This document shows positions 19,164 through 29,846 of a stretch of DNA of 64,000 bases, piece by piece; the stretch's first letter is position 1; every line of letters starts with the position of its first letter. A program made the position numbers and the translations under genes. This DNA is from a bacterium. GTDB lineage: Archaea; Nanobdellota; Nanobdellia; Pacearchaeales; GW2011-AR1. The stretch is from assembly GCA_036787775.1 (NCBI GenBank), contig DAIQOR010000001.1:183286-247285 (forward strand), read 5' to 3'. The notes below the pieces were generated by a model. The model was not told the origin of the DNA, searched no databases, and saw nothing but the letters and a program-made list of their open reading frames with translations.

Positions 19164-20591
19164 TTATCCCTTCACAACAAGCAAAGGTTTCAATCTAACA
19201 ACCAATTTTCCAATTCCAACCTCGTGCGAAACCCGAACAACCTCGTCAACATCTTTGTAAACTTCCGGAGCTTCCTGCGACAAACCTTTCAAACTTCCAG
19301 CCTCGACCAAAATTCCTTTCGATTTTAATTTCTTTTTAACATCTTCTGCATTAATATTTTTCGAAGCAAACGCTCGGCTCGAAATTCTTCCTGCTCCGTG
19401 TGCCGTCGAACCAAAAGAAATTTCCTCCGCTTTTTTCGTCCCAACCAAAACATAAGATGAAGTTCCCATCGAACCAGGAATTAAAACTGGCTGACCAACT
19501 TTTCTATAATCCGACGGAATTTCTTTTCTCCCAGGACCAAAACTCCGAGTCGCACCTTTCCTCATAACCAAAATTTCTTTTTCCTTTCCCTCAATTTTAT
19601 GTTTTTCAAACTTCGCAATATTGTGACACACATCATAAACAACGTCCATTTTTATTTTAGGAAAATAATGTTTCAAATTCTCCCGCACCCAATGTGTAAT
19701 TAATTGTTTATTTGCAAAACCAAAATTAGCCGCACACGCCATCGCCGACAAATATTTTTTTCCCAACTCAGATTTAATCGGCGCGTTAACAAGTTCCCTA
19801 TCAAATTTCGGATAACCATATTTAATTTCCATTTCTTTAATATAATCCGACGCAACCTGATGACCCAAACCACGCGAACCGCAATGAATCATAATCGTAA
19901 TCATTCCTTTTTCCAAACCAAAAACTTTCGCAACCTTTTCATCAAAAACCTCGTCGACGATTCCAATTTCTAAAAAATGATTTCCCGCACCCAAACTTCC
20001 CAACTGCCCCATACCTCTTCCTCGTGCTCTTTGCGAAACATCTTTCGGATTCGCGTTCGGCAATTTCCCGTTATCCTCGGTATGCTCATAATCTTCCTTA
20101 AATCCATAACCTTTTTTCACAGCCCACTGCGCACCTTCTCTCAAAACTTCATCCAATTCATCTTTACTCAATTTCAATTTTCCACCTTGACCAACACCTG
20201 ACGGCACAGCCCTAAAAACCGAATGCAAAATTTCATCTTTATTTTTCAAATCCTTTTCTTTCAAATTTGTTTTTAACAATCGCACGGAACAATTAATATC
20301 ATAACCAACTCCTCCAGGAGAAATAACACCTTTGTCAACATCAAAACCTGCGACTCCTCCAATCGGAAAACCATAACCTTGATGAGCATCCGGCATCGCC
20401 AACGACGCCTTCAAAATCCCCGGCAACATCGCAACATTTTTTATTTGTTGAAGAGTTTTATCGTCCTCAATATTTTTCATAAGCTTCTCGCTAGCAAAAA
20501 TCCGAGCCGGAACATTCATCCCATTTTCCATAGGAATTTCATAAACATTCTCAGATATTTTTTTCATAAATTCTTCAAGAAATACAATCAT
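19164..20591 (-). CDS. rtcB: RtcB RNA ligase (tRNA splicing ligase)
   Basis: It has PDAHQGYG and HGAGR motifs and is 475 aa. Confidence 0.9.
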   Translation of the reverse strand: MIVFLEEFMKKISENVYEIPMENGMNVPARIFASEKLMKNIEDDKTLQQIKNVAMLPGILKASLAMPDAHQGYGFPIGGVAGFDVDKGVISPGGVGYDINCSVRLLKTNLKEKDLKNKDEILHSVFRAVPSGVGQGGKLKLSKDELDEVLREGAQWAVKKGYGFKEDYEHTEDNGKLPNANPKDVSQRARGRGMGQLGSLGAGNHFLEIGIVDEVFDEKVAKVFGLEKGMITIMIHCGSRGLGHQVASDYIKEMEIKYGYPKFDRELVNAPIKSELGKKYLSAMACAANFGFANKQLITHWVRENLKHYFPKIKMDVVYDVCHNIAKFEKHKIEGKEKEILVMRKGATRSFGPGRKEIPSDYRKVGQPVLIPGSMGTSSYVLVGTKKAEEISFGSTAHGAGRISSRAFASKNINAEDVKKKLKSKGILVEAGSLKGLSQEAPEVYKDVDEVVRVSHEVGIGKLVVRLKPLLVVKG

Positions 20592-20601
20592 TTAAATCTT
20601 A

Positions 20602-21024
20602 CTAAACATCCAAAACAACCTGCGCAACCCATTTTTCATTCTCTTCCCGAACAAACATTTCATTATATGTAATCGCTTTAACATCATTACTAAATTTATA
20701 TTTCGACGCCGTATCTCCCAAAACCATCGCACTCAAAGTCCCATCTTTTATTTCAAGACTTTCAATTTTCCCCACAACAAAATCCTCAGCATCGAGCAAA
20801 TACAAAAATTCCTCTAAAAAAGCATAAAGCAAACTCACATCGTCCTCGCCACCAACACGGATTTTCCTTTTGGAAATATCTTGAATTTTAACTTTTTCTG
20901 TAACAACTTCCATCAAAGCCAAAGCCGAATTCAAAAACGCCTCTTCCTTATTTTTTCCAAACGCCTGAAATTTAACATCTGCCATATGCTCCAGAAATTT
21001 ATATTTAATTTTAAGTTTATTCAT
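20602..21024 (-). CDS. archease (RtcB activator)
   Basis: It has the N-terminal FLEHMADVKF archease motif and is adjacent to rtcB. Confidence 0.8.
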   Translation of the reverse strand: MNKLKIKYKFLEHMADVKFQAFGKNKEEAFLNSALALMEVVTEKVKIQDISKRKIRVGGEDDVSLLYAFLEEFLYLLDAEDFVVGKIESLEIKDGTLSAMVLGDTASKYKFSNDVKAITYNEMFVREENEKWVAQVVLDV

Positions 21025-21462
21025 CTAAATAACCCAACAAAATAATTTTAATTGTTTCGGATTAAATGTGGTTTCATCGACAGCAATAGCAACCGCATGA
21101 GCATAAATATTTTTATCTGTTGGAACATCTTCGCTGTCCTCGCTTTTTAATTCACAAATAGCATCCAACGCACAAACTTTTGCAACACACTTCAAATAAT
21201 CCGGAAGTCTTTCATCTATTTTTATTACCGTTTTATTAGTATCTGTAAGCACGTCCCCATCAGTTATTCCCAAAATCTCCGTCCTTAAATCTTCATTCAA
21301 TTCAATCTCTCTCAAAATAGAATTCTGCACTTCGTAAATTTTCTCCGAATTACTGCTCTTCCCGATGTAACCCTGATTTATCACAATCAACAACGCACCT
21401 GCAACTAACAAAACTGAAATGAACGCCTCCACAATTTTCACCCATCCTCGTTTATTTTTCAT
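21025..21462 (-). CDS. pilin-like protein with class III signal peptide
   Basis: The N-terminus MKNKRGWVKIVEAFISVLLVAGALLIV has a K/R-G plus hydrophobic helix. Confidence 0.45.
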   Translation of the reverse strand: MKNKRGWVKIVEAFISVLLVAGALLIVINQGYIGKSSNSEKIYEVQNSILREIELNEDLRTEILGITDGDVLTDTNKTVIKIDERLPDYLKCVAKVCALDAICELKSEDSEDVPTDKNIYAHAVAIAVDETTFNPKQLKLFCWVI

Positions 21463-22170
21463 TTACCACACTCTTATGAACAAAACGCCATACTTTATAT
21501 TTGCTTTGTCATCAATATAACTTAATAAAATTTCATCAGTATAAATATTTACACTTTCCGGAGGCTTCTGCTCATACCTAATAACCTCGCCATCATCCGG
21601 CGTAAAAACAAAATCAAAATCCCCCTCAATAATTTTCAAAGTGTCTTTCTTCAGAGTTTCATAATAACCATCAGTTCCCAACGAACTATTTGTTTCATTA
21701 ATCAAACTATAAAAAACATATTCCTTCGTGCTAACGGAACCAATTGCTGTATTCGTTAAGCCCTCTTCGCAATTCACAGAAGTTTGAAGTGTTTCAAGAG
21801 CAGTAGAATAATACAATTCTTTCACACCAATCATAGTAATATCTTCATTAACACTAATTCCCACCAAATTATCTCCTGCTTTTGCAACATACCCATAATC
21901 TTCACTACCAATATCCAAATCAGTTTTCGCCAAAGTTATACAGTTTCCATCCTCATTCTTAAAAATAACCTTAGTCAACTCCGTCGAAAAATTCTGAACC
22001 AAACTAACTTTCAAATTTTCCAACAAAACTTTTTTACTTTCATCAACTTTCAAAACAGGTTGCAAAGTCGAATACAAAAAAACCAAGAACGTAACAAAAA
22101 CCACGAACGACAAAACAATTCCAACATGTGAACCTTTTTTTCTCATCATTTTAAATGAACAACCTCGCAC
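21463..22170 (-). CDS. pilin-like / pilus assembly accessory protein
   Basis: It has a basic N-terminus followed by a hydrophobic helix. It overlaps the upstream platform gene. Confidence 0.4.
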   Translation of the reverse strand: MRGCSFKMMRKKGSHVGIVLSFVVFVTFLVFLYSTLQPVLKVDESKKVLLENLKVSLVQNFSTELTKVIFKNEDGNCITLAKTDLDIGSEDYGYVAKAGDNLVGISVNEDITMIGVKELYYSTALETLQTSVNCEEGLTNTAIGSVSTKEYVFYSLINETNSSLGTDGYYETLKKDTLKIIEGDFDFVFTPDDGEVIRYEQKPPESVNIYTDEILLSYIDDKANIKYGVLFIRVW

Positions 22171-22996
22171 CTGCAGACACGATGAAAGCCATAATCACCA
22201 ACGCGAAAGAATGTTTAACACCTGCCTTCACACTTCCCTCGGACAATTTACCAATTGCCAGCCCACTAAAAAATCCCTGAGCCAAAAGCAAATATAAAAA
22301 CGAACTCGAAATTTCCGCCTGACTTATTCCCCCGCCTCCAGCAGTAACTCCCGTAACGCCAAGCCCACCGCTCCCAGTATTCAAATCCGCAATTCCCGAA
22401 ACCATCGGCAAAATTTTAAATTGCATAACTAAAATAATAACAATAAAAATAAAAAAGATAATATAACCTTGAACAACTAAAGTCGAAATCACAGCTTTCC
22501 TCTCCTTTTTTAATTTATCCGACAAACTAACAGCCTCGGCAACCGACTCCAAAATCTCCCCAATATCTCCGCCCGCTCTCTCTGCCTGACCAATTAAAGT
22601 CAACGCCCGCGAAATAGTTTTATTTTTTACATCTTTAGAAAAAGTCTCCAACGCAACATTCAACGGAATTCCCATACTAATCTGATTCGCAAGTTTGTTA
22701 ATATTCTCGCTCAAAACCCCATAAGGTTTATTTTTAACATTAAGAATACTTTTACTTATCGGCGTCCCGGCTTTAACACTCTCAACCAAATTCCGCGCGA
22801 ACTCCAAAAACATTTCTTCCTTCTCGCCCGCAACACGATTTTCATTTATTAAAGTAATCACAAAAGGCAAAGCCCCGACCAAAATCCCCACGCCAATTAT
22901 CAAAAAGAAAGCATTCGAGCTCATAAATAAAAGTGAAATAAGCAAGATAAAAACACCTGCTCCAATTCCTGAATAATGTAATTTATTTAATTCCAT
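22151..22996 (-). CDS. type IV pilus platform protein (T2SSF domain, TadB/FlaJ-like half)
   Basis: It has multiple TM segments and a cytoplasmic T2SSF-like domain. Confidence 0.6.
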   Translation of the reverse strand: MELNKLHYSGIGAGVFILLISLLFMSSNAFFLIIGVGILVGALPFVITLINENRVAGEKEEMFLEFARNLVESVKAGTPISKSILNVKNKPYGVLSENINKLANQISMGIPLNVALETFSKDVKNKTISRALTLIGQAERAGGDIGEILESVAEAVSLSDKLKKERKAVISTLVVQGYIIFFIFIVIILVMQFKILPMVSGIADLNTGSGGLGVTGVTAGGGGISQAEISSSFLYLLLAQGFFSGLAIGKLSEGSVKAGVKHSFALVIMAFIVSAGARLFI

Positions 22997-24082
22997 CTAA
23001 CCCGCCCCCTCCGGCTGTTTCAAATGCAAAAACATTATAAAAACAAAATTTATCAACGAAACTCCCGCAACCATAATTAAACTAATCATCCCAGTACTTA
23101 AAGAAATTCCAAGCCCACTAATTTTCATCATCATCAGCAACAACATTAAAATCATCGGCGCGGCAATCACAACACTGATATAAATATCCATAAAAGTCTC
23201 CGACGCCCGAGTCTGTTTTTCTCTGTCAAGTTTATACTCAAACATAAGCGTCTCCGCCCGTTTATTAAAAAACTCCGTAAGATTTCCACCCGAATTTATC
23301 GAAGTCGCAAGCCCGTTAAAAATCTCCGCAAGTTTCCGACTTGAACAATTAAACGCCCGATTCCTCAACGCTGTAACCAAATCATAACCCAAAACATTTG
23401 TCTCATTAAGTAATTTAATCAATTCCTTCTCGGTATAAGGATATTCGTGCGTCGAAACAACAATACTAAAAATTTTACTCGGTTCAATCATCGAACCCGA
23501 AATTGAAGCCATGTGAATCGTCGCGAAAGGAAGTTCTCGGTCAATCCGTGCTTCAATAGATTTTTTCTCCAAAGAAGGATAAACAAACATCGAAATAAAA
23601 GTCACCGCAGGAATTAAAACAATAATCCAAACAAACATAACCATCCGACTCAAAAATCCTTCTCCCGCAAAAACAATCATTGGAAACGGATCAAAACTAA
23701 AAAACAAAAAGAAAATAAAAAAAAGAAACCCAACTCCAGCAGAAATCAAAGTCGTCAACAAAATCAAAGAAATATAATTCACCGGAAGAAATTGCAGATT
23801 AGATTTAATTAAATCTCTTTTCATAGAATCAAAAGCTTTATTGTCCACAAGCACCGAAGATTTTTTGTAAAACATTTTACTCGCCAACTGAACATAATTA
23901 TTTGGCTTTGCCTCAACATCTTTTTCCTCTTTCTCTTTTTTCTCCTGTAATCTTTTCAAAGTTTCCTTTTCAAAATCCGTAAGCCGATATTTCTCGTCCA
24001 TCTTCCTCGCCAACAATTTTTTTTCTCGAACTTCTACCTTTGAAAGCTTTCGCACCCCTTTAACCATAAAAAATAGAAACAA
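22997..24082 (-). CDS. type IV pilus platform protein (T2SSF domain, TadC/FlaJ-like half)
   Basis: It is a polytopic membrane protein adjacent to the secretion ATPase. Two T2SSF genes indicate a split FlaJ. Confidence 0.6.
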   Translation of the reverse strand: MFLFFMVKGVRKLSKVEVREKKLLARKMDEKYRLTDFEKETLKRLQEKKEKEEKDVEAKPNNYVQLASKMFYKKSSVLVDNKAFDSMKRDLIKSNLQFLPVNYISLILLTTLISAGVGFLFFIFFLFFSFDPFPMIVFAGEGFLSRMVMFVWIIVLIPAVTFISMFVYPSLEKKSIEARIDRELPFATIHMASISGSMIEPSKIFSIVVSTHEYPYTEKELIKLLNETNVLGYDLVTALRNRAFNCSSRKLAEIFNGLATSINSGGNLTEFFNKRAETLMFEYKLDREKQTRASETFMDIYISVVIAAPMILMLLLMMMKISGLGISLSTGMISLIMVAGVSLINFVFIMFLHLKQPEGAG

Positions 24083-24101
24083 ATTAGATTATTAAATATT
24101 C

Positions 24102-25661
24102 CTATTGAATCCCGTATTCTTTCAAAACTTCCAAAGGTTTTTTATAATAATTATTTATGATTTCCTGAACTTTTTCAAATCCAAAAACTCCCTGAACTTG
24201 CATCTTATGCAAAAGTTGAACTCTTCTGGCAAATTCCCTTTCCAATTCTTCTCTTTTAATTCCATACCGTTTCATAATTTTTTTAAAAATATGACTATTA
24301 CTTTTAAAATAAAATTGGTCTTCCCCAGGACTCCAAACAAAAGGCGTGTTCGTAATTGCAACCCCTTTTTCACTAACATTAATTATCTCAACAATTTCTT
24401 TCAACTTTCTCGTGTCTTGTTTTTTAACAATCGCGTGAGTCATAATACAAACACAATCCAAAACATTCAACAGCGTCGGTGAAAGTTCAATCGGCGGAGT
24501 TTCCAATCTTTGAATAACAGTCTCAACCGAGTCCGCGTGAATAGTTCCAATCGACGAGTGTCCTGACGCCATACCCTGAAAAAGAACATTCGCTTCCTTT
24601 CCCCTAACCTCACCAACAATTACATAATCAGGAATCTGTCTAAAAGAACTTTTCAACAAATCAAACAAAGTAACTTCTCCAGCTGTCCCGCCTCCAGTCG
24701 CACCACGCACAACACTCGGCAACCAATTCTCCCTCGGCAAATTCAACTCACGAGTGTCCTCAATTGAAACAACTCTATCTTCCGGCGGGATAAAAAACGC
24801 AAACGCATTCAACAAAGTCGTCTTACCCGAACCCGTTCCACCAGCGATAAGCACGTTCATTTTATATTGTACAAGCATCCAAAGATACGCCAACATTTCA
24901 GGACTCAAAGTTCCAAACTCAATCAGCTGAGGCGGAGTCCACGGCGTTTTAGTAAATTTACGAATTGTAAAAGTCGGACCTCTACTCGTAATATCTTTCG
25001 TATAAGTCGCATTAACCCTCGAACCATCCGGCAAACTCGCATCAAGAATCGGATTCGCGTAAGAAATATATCTTCCACTTCTCTGCGCCAACTTTTCAAC
25101 AAAACTTTCAAGAACCGTAATATCATTAAAAATCAAATTCGTTTTAACATTTCTATAAACACGATGAATCATATAAAGCGGAGTATCGACGCCGTTACAC
25201 TCAATATCCTCGACGAAATAATCTCTCAGCAACGGGTCAAGTTCATTAAACCCGATAAAATCCCGACAAAGATAATAAAAAATCTTCCGATAACTTTCAT
25301 AAGGAATATTCATCCCTAACTCCACCGCCAAAATTTTAAACATTCTATCAATATAATCCATCAACTCCGAAATATCTTTCTGAATAACTTTATCAAAATT
25401 AATCATATTCTTAATCGCAATAATTAATTCGTCTTTCTGCTTTTTCTCAACATCTGTCAAAGCTGGTTCCTCGACATCATAAATAACTTCAGAAGTTTTT
25501 GCATTCCAATAAACGTGTGCAAACGCAAACGGCGACACCAACGCGTACCGAACATTAATCCGCGACTTGTCCAATTGTTTCTTCATCGTCGGAATCTGCG
25601 GATTATAATTTATCTCGACCTTCGGGTAATTTCTAATATCGTTTTGAACTTTCGTCACCAT
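24102..25661 (-). CDS. FlaI/PilB-family secretion ATPase (type IV pilus / archaellum assembly)
   Basis: It has Walker A (LIAGGTGSGKTT), Asp box, Walker B and His box and is 519 aa. Confidence 0.8.
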   Translation of the reverse strand: MVTKVQNDIRNYPKVEINYNPQIPTMKKQLDKSRINVRYALVSPFAFAHVYWNAKTSEVIYDVEEPALTDVEKKQKDELIIAIKNMINFDKVIQKDISELMDYIDRMFKILAVELGMNIPYESYRKIFYYLCRDFIGFNELDPLLRDYFVEDIECNGVDTPLYMIHRVYRNVKTNLIFNDITVLESFVEKLAQRSGRYISYANPILDASLPDGSRVNATYTKDITSRGPTFTIRKFTKTPWTPPQLIEFGTLSPEMLAYLWMLVQYKMNVLIAGGTGSGKTTLLNAFAFFIPPEDRVVSIEDTRELNLPRENWLPSVVRGATGGGTAGEVTLFDLLKSSFRQIPDYVIVGEVRGKEANVLFQGMASGHSSIGTIHADSVETVIQRLETPPIELSPTLLNVLDCVCIMTHAIVKKQDTRKLKEIVEIINVSEKGVAITNTPFVWSPGEDQFYFKSNSHIFKKIMKRYGIKREELEREFARRVQLLHKMQVQGVFGFEKVQEIINNYYKKPLEVLKEYGIQ

Positions 25662-25707
25662 CTTCTTTAAAGTATAAGATAAAAATAGTTTATTAATTTA
25701 ATGCTTG

Positions 25708-28700
25708 TTATCTTTTACAGCACCAGTCGGGAGAATCATCACTTGTATTATGATAAGTTAAATTAGTTTCAACACCCGAAGAGTCTCTGGTAAATATATC
25801 TGCAAGTGGCCTTACTCCTGGCTCGCTAACGCCACCTTTTTCATAAACAATCTGAGTTCCATCTGGAGACCAAGAGGCTTCATATCCATAGGGCAAGGGT
25901 GTAGTTTCGCCATTGCTGAGATCCATAATATCCAACCCCTCAAGAATAAGTTTACGACCATCTGGAGAAATAATATTATTAATTTTTCCAGCAAATTCCA
26001 CCGGCTCAAGACTTATTTTTGTAAGTCCTGTTCCATCAGTATTTATCGAATAAATGTGTTCATCATATTCTTGGCTATGCACAAGATAGATTGTCTTTTC
26101 ATCATTTGACCAACCGAATGAAATATAAGGTTCATTATCTCCAAGAATACCTCCCATTACTTTTGTTTCTTCTCCACCATTAACCGAAGAGAAATAAACC
26201 CCGTCATAAGTTTCCGAGTCAGAATTAACTCGTGTAAACACAACTTTGTCTCCTTTTGGAGAGATGATTGGAAAGAGATCACACATAGCATTTTCCGAAG
26301 TATTTTCCGTAATATTAAATCTTTCAGTTCCATCGGCATTTATCTTAACAACGTTACAAAAAAGATCCTTATCATCACTATAAACAAGAATATTATCAAC
26401 AGGGGATAAAGAAAACAGAGGATCATTATCATCTCCCTCATACCCGCTCGAAATTTTTACAATATCGCCCCCGTTGGAATTCATTGTATAAAGTTCTCTC
26501 CGCCCACTTCTATTAGATACAAAAGCAAGCCCGCTACCGTCGGAAAACCACAAAGGAAAAACATCCTCCGAAGAATTATTTGTAATTCTCATTAAATTTC
26601 CTCCGCTCGGAGACATAGTATAAATTTCAGAGTTCCCGTCTCTAAAAGAAACAAAAGCAATTTTTCCATTATATCCTGTGATACACCCAAAATGAATCTC
26701 CTCATCCCCGTCGTCACAATCTGTATTATTTGTAGAATATCCCGACGGCAAATTTTCCCCAGAACATATTTGTTCCAACGGAGAAAAGTTATCTCCATAT
26801 CCATCTCCATCAAAATCTATATACCCTTCTAAAAATTGATAAACAGAATCATCCGAATCATTACAATCAGTCCCTAAACATTCTGAACCCTCGCCGTAAC
26901 CATCCAAATCTGCATCCACGCAATCTAAACAATTATCATAAACACTTCCATCAGAATCATCACAATCTAAATTATTTCCCGAATATCCCGACGGCAAAGT
27001 CGCACCAGAACAAATTTGTTCAAGCACTGAAGAATTATCTCCGTAGCCATCCCTATCAAAATCTAAAAATCCTCCTAAAATTTGATAAGCCGAAACATCA
27101 AAATCATCACAATCGCTTCCCAAACAATCAATACCTTCACCATAATTATCTAAATCATTATCGACGCAGTTTGGACCTGAAGAATTATTCGAAACACCCC
27201 AAGAAGGATTAAAATCCCCGTTCGGGTTATCTGTCAATTTAAATAAATGATTTCCATCTGAGTCAATCATATATAACTGGTGTGGTTCTCCGCTTGCACC
27301 CTCGTCAAAAACTATCGAGTGCCCACTTGGGGACCAAGAAGGGTTTCCACTTATTTCATTACTACTTGTCAATCGAGCTGGATTACTTCCATCAGAATTC
27401 ATTTTCCAAATATTCATTCTACTATCCATGCTCTGTGAAAATGCTATCTGAGTTCCATCTTTCGAAAATTCAGGGGTATCCCCTCGAGCAGTGTAAGTTG
27501 TTAACTGAGTAATATTAGAACCATCAGAATTCATTTTCCAAATTTTTCCAAGACCAATTCTTTGAGAACAAAAAGCAATCTCGCCCAAAGAAGACCAAGA
27601 AGGATCGACGTCTTCCGATTCAAAAGTTAATTGTGTCAACCCAGTTCCATTGTCATTTATCACATAAAGGTTTCCTCTTTTTTCATAAACAATCTTATTA
27701 TCCTGAGACCAAGACGGATTTTGTTCAGAATCATTCAAGGTAGAAGTTAATCTTACCAAATTAGAACCATGAACATCCATAATATAAATATCGCCTTCTC
27801 TCGAGAACGCAATCCTCTCGCCATCCGGAGAAATAGAAGGATCTATCTCTGTCAAAGAATTATTTGTTAATTGAACTATGTTAGAATTATCCCCCTCCAT
27901 AATTTTGATTTCCAAATCATTTCCATCATATGAAGAATAAACTATTTTCCCATCAAAAGTAATCATCTCTGGATTAGATTCAACCTCACAATTCCCCGTC
28001 CCAACATTACATTCATAACCTGAAACGCAACCAGTATCGACGCAAGTTTCAACAACTTCTTCAGAGCTCGCAATAATCTCTTCAAAGTCAATTGGCGTAG
28101 CTTCATAATCCACAAGAGTCTTACCAAGAATTTCTACTTTCATTCCAACTCTCGCTTCAGCCCCAAGATACAAATCCCAGTTCGGGATATCCGCATCAAA
28201 TCTAAAGGATTGAAACACGCTCGCGTTCGGACCAACAACGCCATAAAGTAAAAAATCCGCCCAAAGTCCCAAATAAGTTTCCACATCAACATTTGCATTC
28301 ATAATTGGTGCATTAAAATCATAATTATAATCATAGTCTTTTAAAATTTTCCAACCATTATCATATTCGATTCCTGCAGTAAACTCAGCAAATTGCGAAA
28401 CGCCAACTTTCAACTCTTTTCCTTCCCCATCAGCACCAACTCGCAATTCAATATGGGGAGTAAAATAAATTGGAAAACAAACAGTCCAAGGATTAGGAAC
28501 GCAAGTAGCAAGAGTTGGCAAATCATACTCTACCAAAGTAACTCCATCACTCATTCTAAATCTTTCAGCCGTCGATTCAATACTTAATGCCGAGTCCTCA
28601 CTTCCAGTCAAACCAATCAAGGCATAATTTAATTTCCCCCATTCAATGTCCGCCTCAAATAATAATTCAGAATCAAATTTTATGTGGCCATTCGCAAAAA

Positions 28701-29238
28701 CTTGATCATCAATCGTTCTTTTATTTCCATCATAATCAAAAAGCACGACGTCAACTAAATCAAAACTAAAAAGTTCTGCTTGCGGAGTAAAAGTCACGCC
28801 CTTTCTCAACTTTTGCATTGAAGCACCCTCGGGGGACAATTTCATTTTAATTCTAATTTCTGCATTTTCAAAAGCATCTTCCAAAGTCGCCTGTGACGTT
28901 TCAAGAATCTTCCCTTCATCTTTGACGCTTTCAACTTTTCTCAAAACACCTCTCGGCACAGTATCGTTAAGCCCACTAATCACATCCCCCACATGATAAT
29001 TTGTAGAACTATCAAACGTGAAAACACCATCGCTGTATGACCATTCCCCTTTAGAAAAATTATCCTCCAAATTATAAGCCCCATTCTCCCCCGAAGGATT
29101 ATTAATCGTAATTGGATTTATTTCCTTTCCAGTTTTTTCATCCCCCGAACCAGAACCACAATATGAACTCATCGCAATAGCACCAGCCAATAAAATATTT
29201 TTTCCCTTACGCAAAATTCTCTCGAGACTCATAAGCAA
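25708..29238 (-). CDS. giant (1176 aa) surface protein with TolB-like beta-propeller repeats and Cys/Asp-rich DLDGYGEG repeats
   Basis: It has an N-terminal signal with a Cys at residue 27 (SSYCGSGSG), repeated DG(S/T)N..LT blades, and four C..D.DLDGYGEG...C.D.D modules. Confidence 0.6.
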   Translation of the reverse strand: MLMSLERILRKGKNILLAGAIAMSSYCGSGSGDEKTGKEINPITINNPSGENGAYNLEDNFSKGEWSYSDGVFTFDSSTNYHVGDVISGLNDTVPRGVLRKVESVKDEGKILETSQATLEDAFENAEIRIKMKLSPEGASMQKLRKGVTFTPQAELFSFDLVDVVLFDYDGNKRTIDDQVFANGHIKFDSELLFEADIEWGKLNYALIGLTGSEDSALSIESTAERFRMSDGVTLVEYDLPTLATCVPNPWTVCFPIYFTPHIELRVGADGEGKELKVGVSQFAEFTAGIEYDNGWKILKDYDYNYDFNAPIMNANVDVETYLGLWADFLLYGVVGPNASVFQSFRFDADIPNWDLYLGAEARVGMKVEILGKTLVDYEATPIDFEEIIASSEEVVETCVDTGCVSGYECNVGTGNCEVESNPEMITFDGKIVYSSYDGNDLEIKIMEGDNSNIVQLTNNSLTEIDPSISPDGERIAFSREGDIYIMDVHGSNLVRLTSTLNDSEQNPSWSQDNKIVYEKRGNLYVINDNGTGLTQLTFESEDVDPSWSSLGEIAFCSQRIGLGKIWKMNSDGSNITQLTTYTARGDTPEFSKDGTQIAFSQSMDSRMNIWKMNSDGSNPARLTSSNEISGNPSWSPSGHSIVFDEGASGEPHQLYMIDSDGNHLFKLTDNPNGDFNPSWGVSNNSSGPNCVDNDLDNYGEGIDCLGSDCDDFDVSAYQILGGFLDFDRDGYGDNSSVLEQICSGATLPSGYSGNNLDCDDSDGSVYDNCLDCVDADLDGYGEGSECLGTDCNDSDDSVYQFLEGYIDFDGDGYGDNFSPLEQICSGENLPSGYSTNNTDCDDGDEEIHFGCITGYNGKIAFVSFRDGNSEIYTMSPSGGNLMRITNNSSEDVFPLWFSDGSGLAFVSNRSGRRELYTMNSNGGDIVKISSGYEGDDNDPLFSLSPVDNILVYSDDKDLFCNVVKINADGTERFNITENTSENAMCDLFPIISPKGDKVVFTRVNSDSETYDGVYFSSVNGGEETKVMGGILGDNEPYISFGWSNDEKTIYLVHSQEYDEHIYSINTDGTGLTKISLEPVEFAGKINNIISPDGRKLILEGLDIMDLSNGETTPLPYGYEASWSPDGTQIVYEKGGVSEPGVRPLADIFTRDSSGVETNLTYHNTSDDSPDWCCKR

Positions 29239-29309
29239 TTCAACAAAAACCCTTATTTAAACATTATCATAAAAGAAATATTAATAAACCATTTTCTCTT
29301 TAAGACTTA

Positions 29310-29846
29310 ATGCAAAAGAGGGGGCAATTTTATTTGTTAGCAGCGATAGTAATAATCGCGGTCATCGTAGGGTTCGCAGGAGTATCAAACTACACCCAAG
29401 TCCGGTCGCACGAAACAGTTTACAACGTCGGCGAAGAACTCGGAATCGAAGGCGGAAATGTTGTAGAATATGGAGTTAGTGAAGGTGACATTCAAACTAC
29501 AAAATTTATAGATGATTATTCTCAATATGCTGATGACCCAAATCGAGATATAATTTTTATTTTTGGAACTAAAGATACTCTTGTCGGATATACTTATGAA
29601 CAACTTGTAACCGGGGGAATTTTTTTTGCGGGGAGTACGGGAATTACGGGAACAGAAATAACTACTGGAGAAAAAGTACCAATAAATAGTGAAGTAGATA
29701 TGCAAGGAAATAAAATAACAATTTATTATAAAGACGAAACAGAAACAGAAATCCCCTATGAATTTAAAATTAAACCAGGAGAAAACTTTTACTTCGTCGT
29801 TATCCAAGACATCGGCGACGAGAGAATAATTATTAAAAGCAAATGA
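29310..29846 (+). CDS. archaeal type IV pilin-like protein (class III signal peptide)
   Basis: The N-terminus is MQKRGQFYLLAAIVIIAVIVGFAG. Confidence 0.55.
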   Translation: MQKRGQFYLLAAIVIIAVIVGFAGVSNYTQVRSHETVYNVGEELGIEGGNVVEYGVSEGDIQTTKFIDDYSQYADDPNRDIIFIFGTKDTLVGYTYEQLVTGGIFFAGSTGITGTEITTGEKVPINSEVDMQGNKITIYYKDETETEIPYEFKIKPGENFYFVVIQDIGDERIIIKSK

